The notes under the pieces were generated by a model. It was not told where the DNA came from, ran no database searches, and saw only the letters and a program-made list of their open reading frames with translations. Below are positions 18,059 to 28,043 of a DNA stretch of 64,000 nt, piece after piece. The stretch comes from Candidatus Levyibacteriota bacterium (lineage in GTDB: Bacteria; Patescibacteriota; Microgenomatia; Levybacterales; UBA12049), in contig JACOXT010000003.1 of the NCBI GenBank assembly GCA_016182235.1, positions 322,209-386,208 of the forward strand, given 5' to 3'. Numbering within the stretch: position 1 is the first letter of the stretch; every line of letters begins with the position of its first letter. The translations under genes and the position numbers were made by a program.

Positions 18059-18245
18059 CAAATCTGAAAAGGTATATTATCTCCACTATTCCAAGCGTTT
18101 GAAGGACCAGAATAGCTATAAACCAACTTCTTTGATCATATTTGGCGGATTTCCAGAGAGCAAGTCCTTTCAACCCAAGCGACCAAAGCAATAATAGAAA
18201 TTGTACGAGAAAAGGAATCTCGGGGCCACTCCCAGATAAGTTCAT
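18006..18245 (-). CDS. DUF5652-family small membrane protein
   Basis: LWSLGLKGLALWKSAKYDQRSWFIAILVLQTLGIVEIIY matches the DUF5652 pattern. ATG at 18245 lies directly downstream of a promoter-like motif. Confidence 0.8.
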   Translation of the reverse strand: MNLSGSGPEIPFLVQFLLLLWSLGLKGLALWKSAKYDQRSWFIAILVLQTLGIVEIIYLFRFAKKRLEFSELAFWKKQK

Positions 18246-18252
18246 AAATTTA

Positions 18253-18281
18253 ACAATAACATAAATTTGGAAACTTTGCAA
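18253..18281 (-). promoter_or_regulatory. sigma70-type promoter of the DUF5652 gene
   Basis: Minus strand reads TTGCAA, 17 nt, (TGn)TATTGT, 7 nt, ATG. Confidence 0.55.
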
Positions 18282-18313
18282 AAGAAGATCAGCTTCCCAA
18301 TTAGAGTGAAAAT

Positions 18314-18322
18314 TGGTAGAAT
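18314..18322 (+). promoter_or_regulatory. extended -10 promoter of the GT4 gene
   Basis: TGG-TAGAAT, 8 nt before ATG 18331, in a divergent spacer. Confidence 0.55.
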
Positions 18323-18330
18323 GGAATTAA

Positions 18331-19395
18331 ATGAAGATTGGAATTTTCGATCCATACTTAGACGATCTAGGCGGTGGTGAGAAATACATGGTTACTCTTG
18401 CAGAGTGTTTGTCTCTAAATAACTCAGTCACGGTTTTTTGGAATAAGAAAGATGATTTAGATAAAGTTGCTAAAAGATTTTCTCTAAATATATCCAAGAT
18501 AAGACTGAAAAAAAATATTTTCTCTCCTGACTATCCATTTTTTAAAAGATGTTTAGATAGCCTTTACTATGACGCTATCATTGTATTGAGCGACGGAAGT
18601 ATGCCATTCGTTCTATCTAAAAAGTTATTTGTTCATTTCCAGCAACCATTCCCCAATCTTAAAATGTCTATCAAGACAATAATTAAAAAAATTAGAGCTT
18701 CTTCTTTTTTTTGTAACTCATACTTCACGAAGTCTTTTATAGATCGAGAATTTAGAATTAACAGCCAGGTTTTATATCCGCCTATAGATATCAAGGCTAG
18801 AAAAATTAGGAAAGAAAATATAATCCTTCATGTTGGCAGATTTAGGACTATTAATATAGGATCGGAAAATTATAAAAAACAAGATGTAATGATTGATCTT
18901 TTTAAAAAGATGGTAGATGGGGGTACAAAAAATTGGAAGCTGGTTTTGGCGATTGGTCTTCACCAAAACGATAGGCCAAAATTCGATAATTTACGGAAAA
19001 AAGCTAATGGTTATCCGATAGAATTTTTAATTAACCTTAATAATGATAAATTAAGCGAGGCTTATTCAAAATCCAAAATTTATTGGCATGCAACAGGCTA
19101 TGGCGAAGATTTAAGTAAGAATCCAGAACTAGCTGAGCATTTTGGTATTTCTACTGTTGAAGCGATGGGTTATGGAGCTGTTCCTGTTGTAATAAACGCG
19201 GGAGGACAGAGAGAAATTGTAGAAGACAAGATAAGCGGATATCTTTGGGATACATTAGAGGATTTTATTGATAAAACGAATAGATTGATTAAAAGCTCCA
19301 AACAATGGAAAGAAATGTCTAAAGAAGCAGTAAAAAGAGCGGAAAAGTTTAGCGGAGAGAGGTTTTGCAAAGAGTTGGTGAGTATTATTAGGTAA
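18331..19395 (+). CDS. GT4 glycosyltransferase (Alg11-like)
   Basis: DPYLDDLGGGEKY, CNSYFT, LYPP, VGRF, YWHATG, EHFGISTVEAMGYGAVPV. Confidence 0.88.
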   Translation: MKIGIFDPYLDDLGGGEKYMVTLAECLSLNNSVTVFWNKKDDLDKVAKRFSLNISKIRLKKNIFSPDYPFFKRCLDSLYYDAIIVLSDGSMPFVLSKKLFVHFQQPFPNLKMSIKTIIKKIRASSFFCNSYFTKSFIDREFRINSQVLYPPIDIKARKIRKENIILHVGRFRTINIGSENYKKQDVMIDLFKKMVDGGTKNWKLVLAIGLHQNDRPKFDNLRKKANGYPIEFLINLNNDKLSEAYSKSKIYWHATGYGEDLSKNPELAEHFGISTVEAMGYGAVPVVINAGGQREIVEDKISGYLWDTLEDFIDKTNRLIKSSKQWKEMSKEAVKRAEKFSGERFCKELVSIIR

Positions 19396-21707
19396 TGAAA
19401 AGGTTCTTTCCGGTTTTATTTATAGCTTTAGTCGTTGTAATCTTTTTCTGGAGATTCTTTATTAATGGGTTACTTCCTATCCCGGGAGATACTATAGTAG
19501 GGCTTTATCACCCATTTCGTGATCTATACGCAAAAGAATATCCCAATGGCATACCTTTTAAAAACTTTCTCATAACAGATCCTGTACGTCAGCAATACCC
19601 GTGGCGGGAGTTAGCTATTTCAATGGTTAAAAAATTGGAGATTCCATTATGGAACCCATATAACTTCTCCGGGACACCTTTATTAGCAAATCTGCAATCC
19701 GCACCTTTTTATTTTTTAAATATATTATTTTTTATATTCCCTTTTGTTTTGTCTTGGAGTCTACTCGTAATACTTGGGCAGTTATTAGGAGGAGTTTTTC
19801 TCTTCTTATATCTTGATAACCTTAAACTTAATAAATGGGCTAGCGTATTAGGAGCCGTCTCGTTTTCTTTTTCGGGTTTTTTTGTTGCTTGGATGGAATG
19901 GGGAACCGTCACGCATGTAGTATTATGGTTGCCCTTGATGCTTTTGAGTATTGACAGGCTATTTTTTTATTCCAATATCGATAACCCAAAACCTAAAAGT
20001 CAAAATTCAAAAATACAACTCAAAAGTAAAAATTTAATAATATGGAGTTTAATTTTTATATTTTCTTTATGTTCATCATTTTTTGCTGGACATTTGCAGA
20101 CATTTTTCTATCTATTTGTATTAATCTTAGCTTATTTTGGGGCTCGTTGGTTACAATTTGGGAAATCAAAAAAAATATTATTCTTGTTTTTAATTCTCAA
20201 TTCGTTATTCGCAATTCTCACTTTTGTTCAGTGGTTTCCGACCCTACAATTTATTCTCCTTTCTGCGCGCGGTGTAGACCAATCTCCTTTTAATAATCCC
20301 GGCTGGTTTATTCCTTGGGAACATCTTATACAATTTATAATACCTGATTTTTTTGGAAATCCAACAACTCTTAATTATTGGGGAACATGGAATTATGCGG
20401 AATTTGTCGGTTATGTTGGTATTTTCCCTCTTATAATGGCAATCTATGCTTTATTTGTTAGAAAGGATAAAAAGACACTCTTTTTTGGCACTTTCTTTTT
20501 TCTAGCTCTAATATTCGCGCTTCCGACGTTTCTTGCAAAGATTCCTTATTCTATAAATCTGCCATTTCTTGCAACAGCTCAGCCAACAAGATTACTTGTA
20601 ATCATTGATTTTGCCCTTGCTGTTCTTGCGGCTTTAGGATTGGACTATGTCTTTAGACATAAAGCAAAGACGATCTTTTATCCTTTGGGTTTTATTGGAG
20701 TAGTTCTCCTTGGGGCATGGACATTAACTATGTTTGGAAATCAGCCTCTTCAACTTGCAACCTCAGAGAATATTTCTATTATAAAACGGAACCTTGTCCT
20801 TCCTTCAAGCATTTTTATTATTGTTGGGATAATGCTTGTTTTCCTCACATTTTTTAATCGTATCGCCAAGCGTATAGTTATAGTTGTCTATTCTATTATA
20901 ATAGTAATTACGATATTTGATGTTTTCCGTTTTGGCTGGAAATTCACGCCTTTCACAAAACAAGAATATCTTTTTCCAAATACGAAAGTAATATCTTTTC
21001 TTAAGGCAAATATAGAGGATTTCCGATATATGACGACTGATTCTAGAATATTGCCGCCAAATTTTTCCAGCATTTATAGAATACAAAGCGTTGACGGATA
21101 TGACCCATTGTATCTTTTGAGATATGCGGAACTAATAGCGGCATCTGAAAGAGGGAATGGAAAAATTGATCCTCCTTTTGGTTTTAACAGAATTATTACG
21201 CCCCATAATTATGACTCGAAGATAATAGATTTGTTAGGAGTTAAATACGTTTTAAGCCTCTCAGAGCTGGAGTCTTTGAAGCTCAATAAAGTATTTCAGG
21301 AAGGCGAAACAAGAATTTACCAAAATAAAAACGTGATGCCAAGAGCCTATTTTGTGTCAAAAACTGTAAATGTCGAAAATAAGAAAGAGGCTATAAAAAT
21401 GATGCTCAATGAGTCCTTCGACCCAAAAGATACAGCTATTATAGAAAGGGAAAATTTACATTTGAGGGAGATAAGAGACTTTTCTATTGGAAAAGCAGAA
21501 ATAAAATATTATTCGGAAAATAAAATAATTATAAATACAGAAAATGTGAAAGATGGATTTTTGGTATTGGGTGATAGTTTTTATCCTAGTTGGAATGCAA
21601 ATGTTGATGGAATTGATACGAAAATTTATAGAACAAACTATAATTTTCGCGGTATTTTTGTTTCAGGAGGAAAGCATATTGTTGAATTCTACGCTAAGTT
21701 ACTTTGA
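19395..21707 (+). CDS. YfhO-family membrane protein (GT-C-like)
   Basis: DPVRQQYPW, IPLWNPYNFSGTPLLANLQS, GHLQ, GYDP, FYPSWNANVDG, TNYNFRGI. Confidence 0.87.
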   Translation: MKRFFPVLFIALVVVIFFWRFFINGLLPIPGDTIVGLYHPFRDLYAKEYPNGIPFKNFLITDPVRQQYPWRELAISMVKKLEIPLWNPYNFSGTPLLANLQSAPFYFLNILFFIFPFVLSWSLLVILGQLLGGVFLFLYLDNLKLNKWASVLGAVSFSFSGFFVAWMEWGTVTHVVLWLPLMLLSIDRLFFYSNIDNPKPKSQNSKIQLKSKNLIIWSLIFIFSLCSSFFAGHLQTFFYLFVLILAYFGARWLQFGKSKKILFLFLILNSLFAILTFVQWFPTLQFILLSARGVDQSPFNNPGWFIPWEHLIQFIIPDFFGNPTTLNYWGTWNYAEFVGYVGIFPLIMAIYALFVRKDKKTLFFGTFFFLALIFALPTFLAKIPYSINLPFLATAQPTRLLVIIDFALAVLAALGLDYVFRHKAKTIFYPLGFIGVVLLGAWTLTMFGNQPLQLATSENISIIKRNLVLPSSIFIIVGIMLVFLTFFNRIAKRIVIVVYSIIIVITIFDVFRFGWKFTPFTKQEYLFPNTKVISFLKANIEDFRYMTTDSRILPPNFSSIYRIQSVDGYDPLYLLRYAELIAASERGNGKIDPPFGFNRIITPHNYDSKIIDLLGVKYVLSLSELESLKLNKVFQEGETRIYQNKNVMPRAYFVSKTVNVENKKEAIKMMLNESFDPKDTAIIERENLHLREIRDFSIGKAEIKYYSENKIIINTENVKDGFLVLGDSFYPSWNANVDGIDTKIYRTNYNFRGIFVSGGKHIVEFYAKLL
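19987..20034 (+). repeat. in-frame degenerate heptamer tract
   Basis: CAAAACC TAAAAGT CAAAATT CAAAAAT ACAACT CAAAAGT AAAAATT. Confidence 0.75.
20192..20219 (+). repeat. in-frame degenerate heptamer tract
   Basis: AATTCTC AATTCGT TATTCGC AATTCTC. Confidence 0.65.
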
Positions 21708-22675
21708 TGATAGTTATGAATATAAGCATTATTATACCTAATTATAATGGCGAAGAGATTTTGAAGAAAAATCTTCCAAAAGTGTTCGAGGCAGTTTTTT
21801 CACATAGAGGCGGAGAAGTTGAGATTATAATTATTGATGATTGTTCCACAGATAACTCAATAAAAGAAATAAGCTATCAGATATCACATATCAAAAATAC
21901 ATATCAAAAATTAATGACATCTATCAAATTTTTCAAAAATGACAAAAATTTGGGTTTTTCTTCAACGATTAATAGGGGCGTGAACGAATCAAATGGAGAT
22001 ATTGCTATATTACTTAATACGGATGTGGTGCCAAAAAAAGATTTCTTACAGCCTCTACTCAGGCATTTTTCCGATCCGTTAGTTTTTGCGGTTGGGTGTA
22101 TGGACGAAAGTGTGGAAAATGGCGGAGTGGTTTCGCGAGGTAGGGGTATTGGCTTGTGGAAGAGAGGATTTCTTGTCCATTCACGTGGAGAGGTTAATAA
22201 GCTAAATACTCTCTGGGTAAGTGGAGGAAGCGGAGCATTTAGAAAAAACATCTGGGAAAAACTGGGGGGGCTTGATAGTCTTTACAACCCATTTTATTGG
22301 GAAGATATAGATTTGTCATATAGAGCTCTTAAGTCAGGATACAAAATTGCTTTTGAGCCCAGGAGTGTCGTGATACATAGGCATGAAAAAGGTGCAATAA
22401 AAAAAAGATATTCAGAGTCTGAAGTAAAGACAATAGCGTATAGAAATCAATTTATATTTGTATGGAAAAATGCCACAGATTTAGAATTGCAGTTTTCACA
22501 TATGCTTTGGCTACCTTATCATTTCGCAAGAGCTTTAGTTAGCGGTGATTTGAATTTTCTTATTGGTTTTTGTTTGGCGATTCTTAGATTACCTCAGGTA
22601 GTAATATCTGGTTTTCGTGCTCAGAAGTATTTTACGAAATCTGATCGGGAGGTGGTAGAAGAATTCAGTAAGTGA
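21704..22675 (+). CDS. GT2 glycosyltransferase (WbbL-like group)
   Basis: IIPNYNG, IIDDCSTD, NLGFS, LLNTDV, FYWEDIDLSYR. True start may be ATG 21716. Confidence 0.88.
   Translation: MMIVMNISIIIPNYNGEEILKKNLPKVFEAVFSHRGGEVEIIIIDDCSTDNSIKEISYQISHIKNTYQKLMTSIKFFKNDKNLGFSSTINRGVNESNGDIAILLNTDVVPKKDFLQPLLRHFSDPLVFAVGCMDESVENGGVVSRGRGIGLWKRGFLVHSRGEVNKLNTLWVSGGSGAFRKNIWEKLGGLDSLYNPFYWEDIDLSYRALKSGYKIAFEPRSVVIHRHEKGAIKKRYSESEVKTIAYRNQFIFVWKNATDLELQFSHMLWLPYHFARALVSGDLNFLIGFCLAILRLPQVVISGFRAQKYFTKSDREVVEEFSK
21875..21908 (+). repeat. in-frame degenerate heptamer tract
   Basis: TATCAGA TATCACA TATCAAA AATACA TATCAAA. Confidence 0.75.
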
Positions 22676-24078
22676 AAAAAAAGCAAGGGAATCAGCAGAT
22701 AGATATTATTGCTTACTTTTTTATTCTATGCATTATAGCTGCAGGCATATTGGTATCTTTAAATCGTTTTTGGCAGTACGAAGTCTTTTATATAGATTTT
22801 GGGGTTTTTGATCAAGCAATTTGGAGTGTTTCTCGTTTTAAACCTCCCATAATTGAACATTTTATAGTTTCCGGAAAGTGGATATTTGCTGATCACTTTA
22901 ACCCTAGCATTTTTTTATTGTCGCCGTTTTATTGGTTAACTACAAGAAGCGAGATGCTGCTTGTTGTGCAGACAATAGCCGTTGGTTTAAGCGGACTACT
23001 ATTATATGGTATTGCTAAAAAGGTCTTAATAAATGAATTTTTAGCTTTAGGTATTTTATCCTGTTATTTTCTTTTCTTAGGTTTACAAAATGCAGTTATT
23101 ACCGAATTTCATGAGCTCACGGTCTCTACGCTTCCTCTTACCCTTACCTTTTGGGCAATATTGAACAAAAAATTAAGATTATATTTATTATTCTTAATAA
23201 TTACTTTAGGCTTCAAAGAGTCACTTTTCGCAACAGGAATTGGTATAGGGATAGCTTTATTCTTTTTACGTAAAGAATGGAGGCTTATCGCTTTTATTAC
23301 TATAATGCTTTCCGTGGTATGGGGAGCTATAAGCATAAAGTTTATTATCCCAGCATTCTCTAATGGTATATACATTTATGTTCCTACATTACCAGATGGC
23401 ATTTTAAATAAAGTCAGTGCATTAGTTGATCATCCCGTTAAAGTAAAAACACTTTTCTATAGCTTCCTAAGTTTTGGTTTCCTGCCAATTTTTTCTCCAG
23501 CCTTTTGGCCTCTTATTATTCAGGATTATACACTACGCTTTTTGCCTGGAGGAGGAAGTACTCGATGGGATTTGGGCCTTCATTACAACGCCCAAAGCGC
23601 TGTTATTTTGGCCATAGGGTCAGTTTTTGGATTGCACAATCTAATGAAAATAAAGAAATTTTCGAAATTTTTGCCCTTTTTGGGAATAATTCTTATAATT
23701 AATGCCTTTATTTTATATCGCTTTATTTTACACGGACCGCTTGCTCTTTCGTATAATCCGGCCTTTTATGAACACACTAAAGACTTAGCTTTTCTAAATG
23801 ATTTAATAAAAAGAATTCCAAGTAATGCTTCCATAATGACACATAATAATCTTGCGGTACGTTTTACTCATCAGCAAGTTTGGTTATTAAGGACAAATTA
23901 CGAAATATATAAGCCAGATTACATACTGATAGACAATCGGAAGGGACAAAATCCAAATAATTTTTTTGCAAGCCTAGTCAATGTTGATGGTATAATTAAA
24001 ATTATAAAAAAAGATTCTAGTTATAAATTAATATATAGTACTCAAGAGCAATTTGTATTTAAAAGACTAAATACGTAA
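22672..24078 (+). CDS. DUF2079-family membrane protein (GT-C-like)
   Basis: DFGVFDQAIW, FADHFNP, LLVVQT, EFHE, KE, HY motifs. Confidence 0.82.
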   Translation: MKKKQGNQQIDIIAYFFILCIIAAGILVSLNRFWQYEVFYIDFGVFDQAIWSVSRFKPPIIEHFIVSGKWIFADHFNPSIFLLSPFYWLTTRSEMLLVVQTIAVGLSGLLLYGIAKKVLINEFLALGILSCYFLFLGLQNAVITEFHELTVSTLPLTLTFWAILNKKLRLYLLFLIITLGFKESLFATGIGIGIALFFLRKEWRLIAFITIMLSVVWGAISIKFIIPAFSNGIYIYVPTLPDGILNKVSALVDHPVKVKTLFYSFLSFGFLPIFSPAFWPLIIQDYTLRFLPGGGSTRWDLGLHYNAQSAVILAIGSVFGLHNLMKIKKFSKFLPFLGIILIINAFILYRFILHGPLALSYNPAFYEHTKDLAFLNDLIKRIPSNASIMTHNNLAVRFTHQQVWLLRTNYEIYKPDYILIDNRKGQNPNNFFASLVNVDGIIKIIKKDSSYKLIYSTQEQFVFKRLNT

Positions 24079-24093
24079 AACAAAATTTGCCAA

Positions 24094-24819
24094 ATGAAGA
24101 AATTATCTATTATTATTCCGGTTTTTAATGAGGAAAAAACAATAGTAGAGGTACTCAATAAAGTATCTAAAATAAAGATTCCGAATACTTCTAAGGAAAT
24201 TATTGTGGTGGACGATGGATCAACCGATGCGACGGCATCGAAAATTCGATCTGCCAAATTAGCCGATAAAATTCGAAATTTGAAAATTTTTCGCCACACC
24301 CAAAATCTTGGTAAGGGGGCTGCGGTTAAGACTGGAATAAGGAACTCAACAGGAGATTATGTCGTAATTCAGGATGCGGATTTAGAATACGACCCTTTAT
24401 ACATTCCTATTCTTCTTAGGCCAATACAACAACATAAGTCTGAAGTTGTATATGGAACAAGGTTAAAACGAATGCCAGATCTCTCCAAAGACGAGAAAAA
24501 CCCTCGTTTTCTACTCCATTATATTGGGAATAGGTTATTAAGCCTTATCACGAGTATTTTATACGGTCAGTGGATTACGGATATGGAAACATGCTATAAA
24601 GTATTTCCTAAGAAAGCTGTTGAAAATATTATTCTCAAGTCAAGAAGATTTGATTTTGAGCCGGAGATTACTGCTAAATTATTAAAAAAAGGGTACAGAA
24701 TAGACGAGATTCCGATAACATCAAATCCCAGAGATTATAATGAGGGAAAGAAATTAAACACAATAAAAGACGGAGCTATTGCCCTTTTTACTATACTTAA
24801 ATGTCGATTTATAGATTGA
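24094..24819 (+). CDS. GT2 polyprenol-phosphate glycosyltransferase (DPM1-like)
   Basis: IPVFNEE, VVDDGSTD, NLGKGAA, IQDADLEYDP, DMETCYK, FDFEPEITAK, EGKK. Confidence 0.9.
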   Translation: MKKLSIIIPVFNEEKTIVEVLNKVSKIKIPNTSKEIIVVDDGSTDATASKIRSAKLADKIRNLKIFRHTQNLGKGAAVKTGIRNSTGDYVVIQDADLEYDPLYIPILLRPIQQHKSEVVYGTRLKRMPDLSKDEKNPRFLLHYIGNRLLSLITSILYGQWITDMETCYKVFPKKAVENIILKSRRFDFEPEITAKLLKKGYRIDEIPITSNPRDYNEGKKLNTIKDGAIALFTILKCRFID

Positions 24820-26408
24820 AAATAGAGCTTTTTAAGAAATTACCCCGTTATATTGTTATCTTATATGCAATCGCATTTATTTCTTCTATCTCTTTTGCAA
24901 TCTTTGCTTTATCAAAACAACTTACTTTCGGATTTGACCAGGCAAGAGACGCGTACGAAGCATACTCCATCTGGCATAATCATGATTTTAAGATACTTGG
25001 TCCGTCGTCAGATCTTCCGGGAGTGCATCACGGCGTATTGTGGTATTATCTGCTTGCCCTGCCTTATGCCATTGGATCTGGAAATCCAGAAGTTGTTGCT
25101 GCTATTTTTTTTGTCCTCTCGTTTCTTACAATACCTCTAAGCGCTTATTTATCGTATAAGCTTTTTCACAATTTTCATGTTGCTTTATTAACAGCTGTTT
25201 TATATGCTTCATCTCCTCTTTTTCAGGCGTTTACTCGATGGTTATCTAATCCTCTTATTGCATTATATGTTGTTCCTTTTTTATTGTTTTTTTTGTGGAA
25301 ATATATAGATAAACAGAAGACGGTAAATAAACGAAGTATTTTATCGGAAAATAAATATGTAATCGGATTAATAGGTCTTTTTTTTGGGATTTTTATACAA
25401 GCCGATTTTGCGTTTGGTCTATTCCTGATTATATTGCCAATATATTGGTTTGTTTATAAAATAAGCTTTAAATTACAAGAGTTTATATTTTTTTGGATAG
25501 GTTTTTTATTTGGGATATTCACATACGTTCTTGCTGAAGTACGATTTAGTGGTAAGGCAGTCTTAGGAATGATAGATTTTTTCAGCTCAAGCTTATCTTC
25601 ACCCAGGTCTCCAGTAGATACGATCTTATTAGTTGTTGAAAGAGTTAATGACCTTTTATCGATAAGCATCTTGCCATTTCCTTACGCAATACTTCTTTTT
25701 GTCGTTCTAGTTATCATGTTTCTTTTGAAAAAGTCTAAAAATACTAATAATAAAAATTCTATAGTTTTCTTGGTGATATGGTTGAGTACGTTTATTGTGT
25801 TTTACCTATTTAAGTCAGGTTTTTTACACAGCGGGTTTATGTTCGTCCCCTTTCTTTTACCAATAACAATAATCGGAAGTTATTTATTAATCAATACAAT
25901 TACAAGTCTAAAATTTCTCGTCGCCTTATTAACACTCGTCTTTTTAGCTCAATTCTATACTTCATATTTGTGGTTTAAAACAGAGTACAATCCTTTATCG
26001 GTACAATATGGTATAAGTCTCAGTCTTGAAAAAGAAATAATTAGATATACCTATGAGCAATCAAAAGGAGAACGGTTTATAATAGTCACAATAACAAATC
26101 CATTACATATAAATACTACGTGGGCTTATCTTTATGAAACTTATGGACAGAAAAAATACTCATACCTTCCGTATTACGGCGGAAGAGCTCAGAGAGGCTA
26201 CTTAGGTAACCTTTCCGAGCGGCAATTTGGGACAAAATATCGATACGTTATCGTTGAGCCAACGACAGGAATCCCAGATTATTTTATACAGCAAATAATA
26301 TCAGAGGAGAATACAGTGTCAGATATAATAGAGGAAAAGAAATTTGGCCAGTTCGTTGTACAAAAACGCATATTTAGAGAAAATAAATCGCAAATATCAA
26401 TACAGTAA
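24801..26408 (+). CDS. GT-C membrane glycosyltransferase, D-x-x-RD subfamily
   Basis: FGFDQARD, ILGP.S..PGVHHG.LWYYLLA, W.SNP; polytopic. Confidence 0.78.
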   Translation: MSIYRLKIELFKKLPRYIVILYAIAFISSISFAIFALSKQLTFGFDQARDAYEAYSIWHNHDFKILGPSSDLPGVHHGVLWYYLLALPYAIGSGNPEVVAAIFFVLSFLTIPLSAYLSYKLFHNFHVALLTAVLYASSPLFQAFTRWLSNPLIALYVVPFLLFFLWKYIDKQKTVNKRSILSENKYVIGLIGLFFGIFIQADFAFGLFLIILPIYWFVYKISFKLQEFIFFWIGFLFGIFTYVLAEVRFSGKAVLGMIDFFSSSLSSPRSPVDTILLVVERVNDLLSISILPFPYAILLFVVLVIMFLLKKSKNTNNKNSIVFLVIWLSTFIVFYLFKSGFLHSGFMFVPFLLPITIIGSYLLINTITSLKFLVALLTLVFLAQFYTSYLWFKTEYNPLSVQYGISLSLEKEIIRYTYEQSKGERFIIVTITNPLHINTTWAYLYETYGQKKYSYLPYYGGRAQRGYLGNLSERQFGTKYRYVIVEPTTGIPDYFIQQIISEENTVSDIIEEKKFGQFVVQKRIFRENKSQISIQ

Positions 26409-26419
26409 ACTTTTTATAG

Positions 26420-28039
26420 ATGAAAAAATTTTTTAATTGGAAGGCAGCCTTACTGTTAATAACAATATTAGCTTTTAGTCTTCGAGTATACAAATTAGAT
26501 ACTATTCCGAACAGCCTTAATCCAGACGAGGCAGCATTAGGATACACTTCGTACTCGCTTCTTAGGACTTTGGCAGATGAACATGGCAAATTTCTTCCTT
26601 TATCTCTTCAGTCTTTCGGAGACTGGAAGTTACCAGTTTATTCGTATGTTGGGGTGGTTCCGGTAGCGCTATTTGGCCTTAATGAATTCTCTGTCAGATT
26701 CACAAGTGCGATGGCAGGAGTTGCTGGAGTTTTATTAATCTACTTTATTAGCCTAACGCTTTTTAATAGACAGGGTATCGGTTTACTTTCCGCATTATTA
26801 TTTGCTCTTTCGCCGTGGAGTATTTATTTCTCACGGGGTGCATATGAAGTAAATTTGGCAACAACTATTTTTTTGGCGGGCTTATTAGCATTTATAAAAT
26901 ATATTTATGGAAGTAAAAGAAATGTAAAACTACTCTTTATCTCTTTCCTATTTTTTGCCCTTACCATGTTTACCCAGCATAATTATATTGTGTTTGCGCC
27001 TCTTTTTGTTCTAGCTTTAACAATTATTTTTAGAAGAACAATTGTCAAGAATAAAGCATTTTTTGTTTCAATCGGTGTTTTTATTTTATTTATTCTGATT
27101 TCGTATTTTTCTGTATTAAATGGAGGAAGCAATAAGGTATCAAATCTTGTTATATTTAATGATAAAAATATACTTTATGAAAGAGTTGAGAAGCTAAGGG
27201 GAGACAGCGCTCTCAAAAACCAACTTCTTGAGCGGATTTTGCACACAAAGTATCTTGGTGTACCTTATCAAATAGCGCAAAATTACCTTAATTCTTTTTC
27301 TCCAACTTTTCTTTTTGATAAAGGAGGAGAAAAGTTAGTGCATAATCTTGGGGATTTCGGCAATTTTTATTTATTTGACGCTTTTCTTCTTTTTGTTGGA
27401 GGGGCTTTATTATTTTGGAATAAGGAAAGATCATTGATAATGCTTATGGCATGGCTATTTATCTCTCCTATACCTTCGGCAGTAACGCGAGATTCTCCTA
27501 ATTCAACGCGATTATTTACCCTAATGCCTCTTTTTGTTCTTATAGCATCTTATGGTGCTTACCAAATCTTTGTTTTTTTAAAAAAAGGAACGACCACAAA
27601 TCTTGTTATAAAATGGATACTAATTTTTCTTTTTCTCCTTAACGTAGTGTTTTTTTTAGACATATACTTTGTTCATCTAAATACTCAAAGGGCTCGTTTC
27701 TGGCGTTCAGGATACAAGGAGATTGTGGAGGTATCGAATAATTACCCAAATAAAAACTTAATCATGCAGGGGGTGTATGATTTTCCCTACATTTTTTTTC
27801 TATTTTACAATAAGTATGATCCGCAAAAATTCAGGAAGGAAGTAGAATATTACCCCGTAAGTTACAATGGTTTTAGATATGTAAAACAGTTTGGGAGATA
27901 TAAATTTGTTCAAGCCTTAAGTAGCGAAAAAGAAATACCCGGAGTACTATATATTGATAATCAGAACTTTCATAAAGATGATAATTTAATACGTCTTCCA
28001 AACGGTGACCCTGTATTTAAATACTACATAGGAAAGTAA
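26420..28039 (+). CDS. ArnT/PMT-like GT-C membrane glycosyltransferase
   Basis: LRVYKL..IPNSLNPDEAALGYTSYS, GDWKLPVY, FGLNEFSVRF, PWSIYFSRGAYE. Confidence 0.87.
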   Translation: MKKFFNWKAALLLITILAFSLRVYKLDTIPNSLNPDEAALGYTSYSLLRTLADEHGKFLPLSLQSFGDWKLPVYSYVGVVPVALFGLNEFSVRFTSAMAGVAGVLLIYFISLTLFNRQGIGLLSALLFALSPWSIYFSRGAYEVNLATTIFLAGLLAFIKYIYGSKRNVKLLFISFLFFALTMFTQHNYIVFAPLFVLALTIIFRRTIVKNKAFFVSIGVFILFILISYFSVLNGGSNKVSNLVIFNDKNILYERVEKLRGDSALKNQLLERILHTKYLGVPYQIAQNYLNSFSPTFLFDKGGEKLVHNLGDFGNFYLFDAFLLFVGGALLFWNKERSLIMLMAWLFISPIPSAVTRDSPNSTRLFTLMPLFVLIASYGAYQIFVFLKKGTTTNLVIKWILIFLFLLNVVFFLDIYFVHLNTQRARFWRSGYKEIVEVSNNYPNKNLIMQGVYDFPYIFFLFYNKYDPQKFRKEVEYYPVSYNGFRYVKQFGRYKFVQALSSEKEIPGVLYIDNQNFHKDDNLIRLPNGDPVFKYYIGK

Positions 28040-28043
28040 AAGA

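Noticed and set aside
26385..26405. Additional weak periodic stretches (here and about 15695-15720)
   Set aside because: Only 2-3 poor units or a codon-compatible 6-nt period; indistinguishable from AT-rich background.
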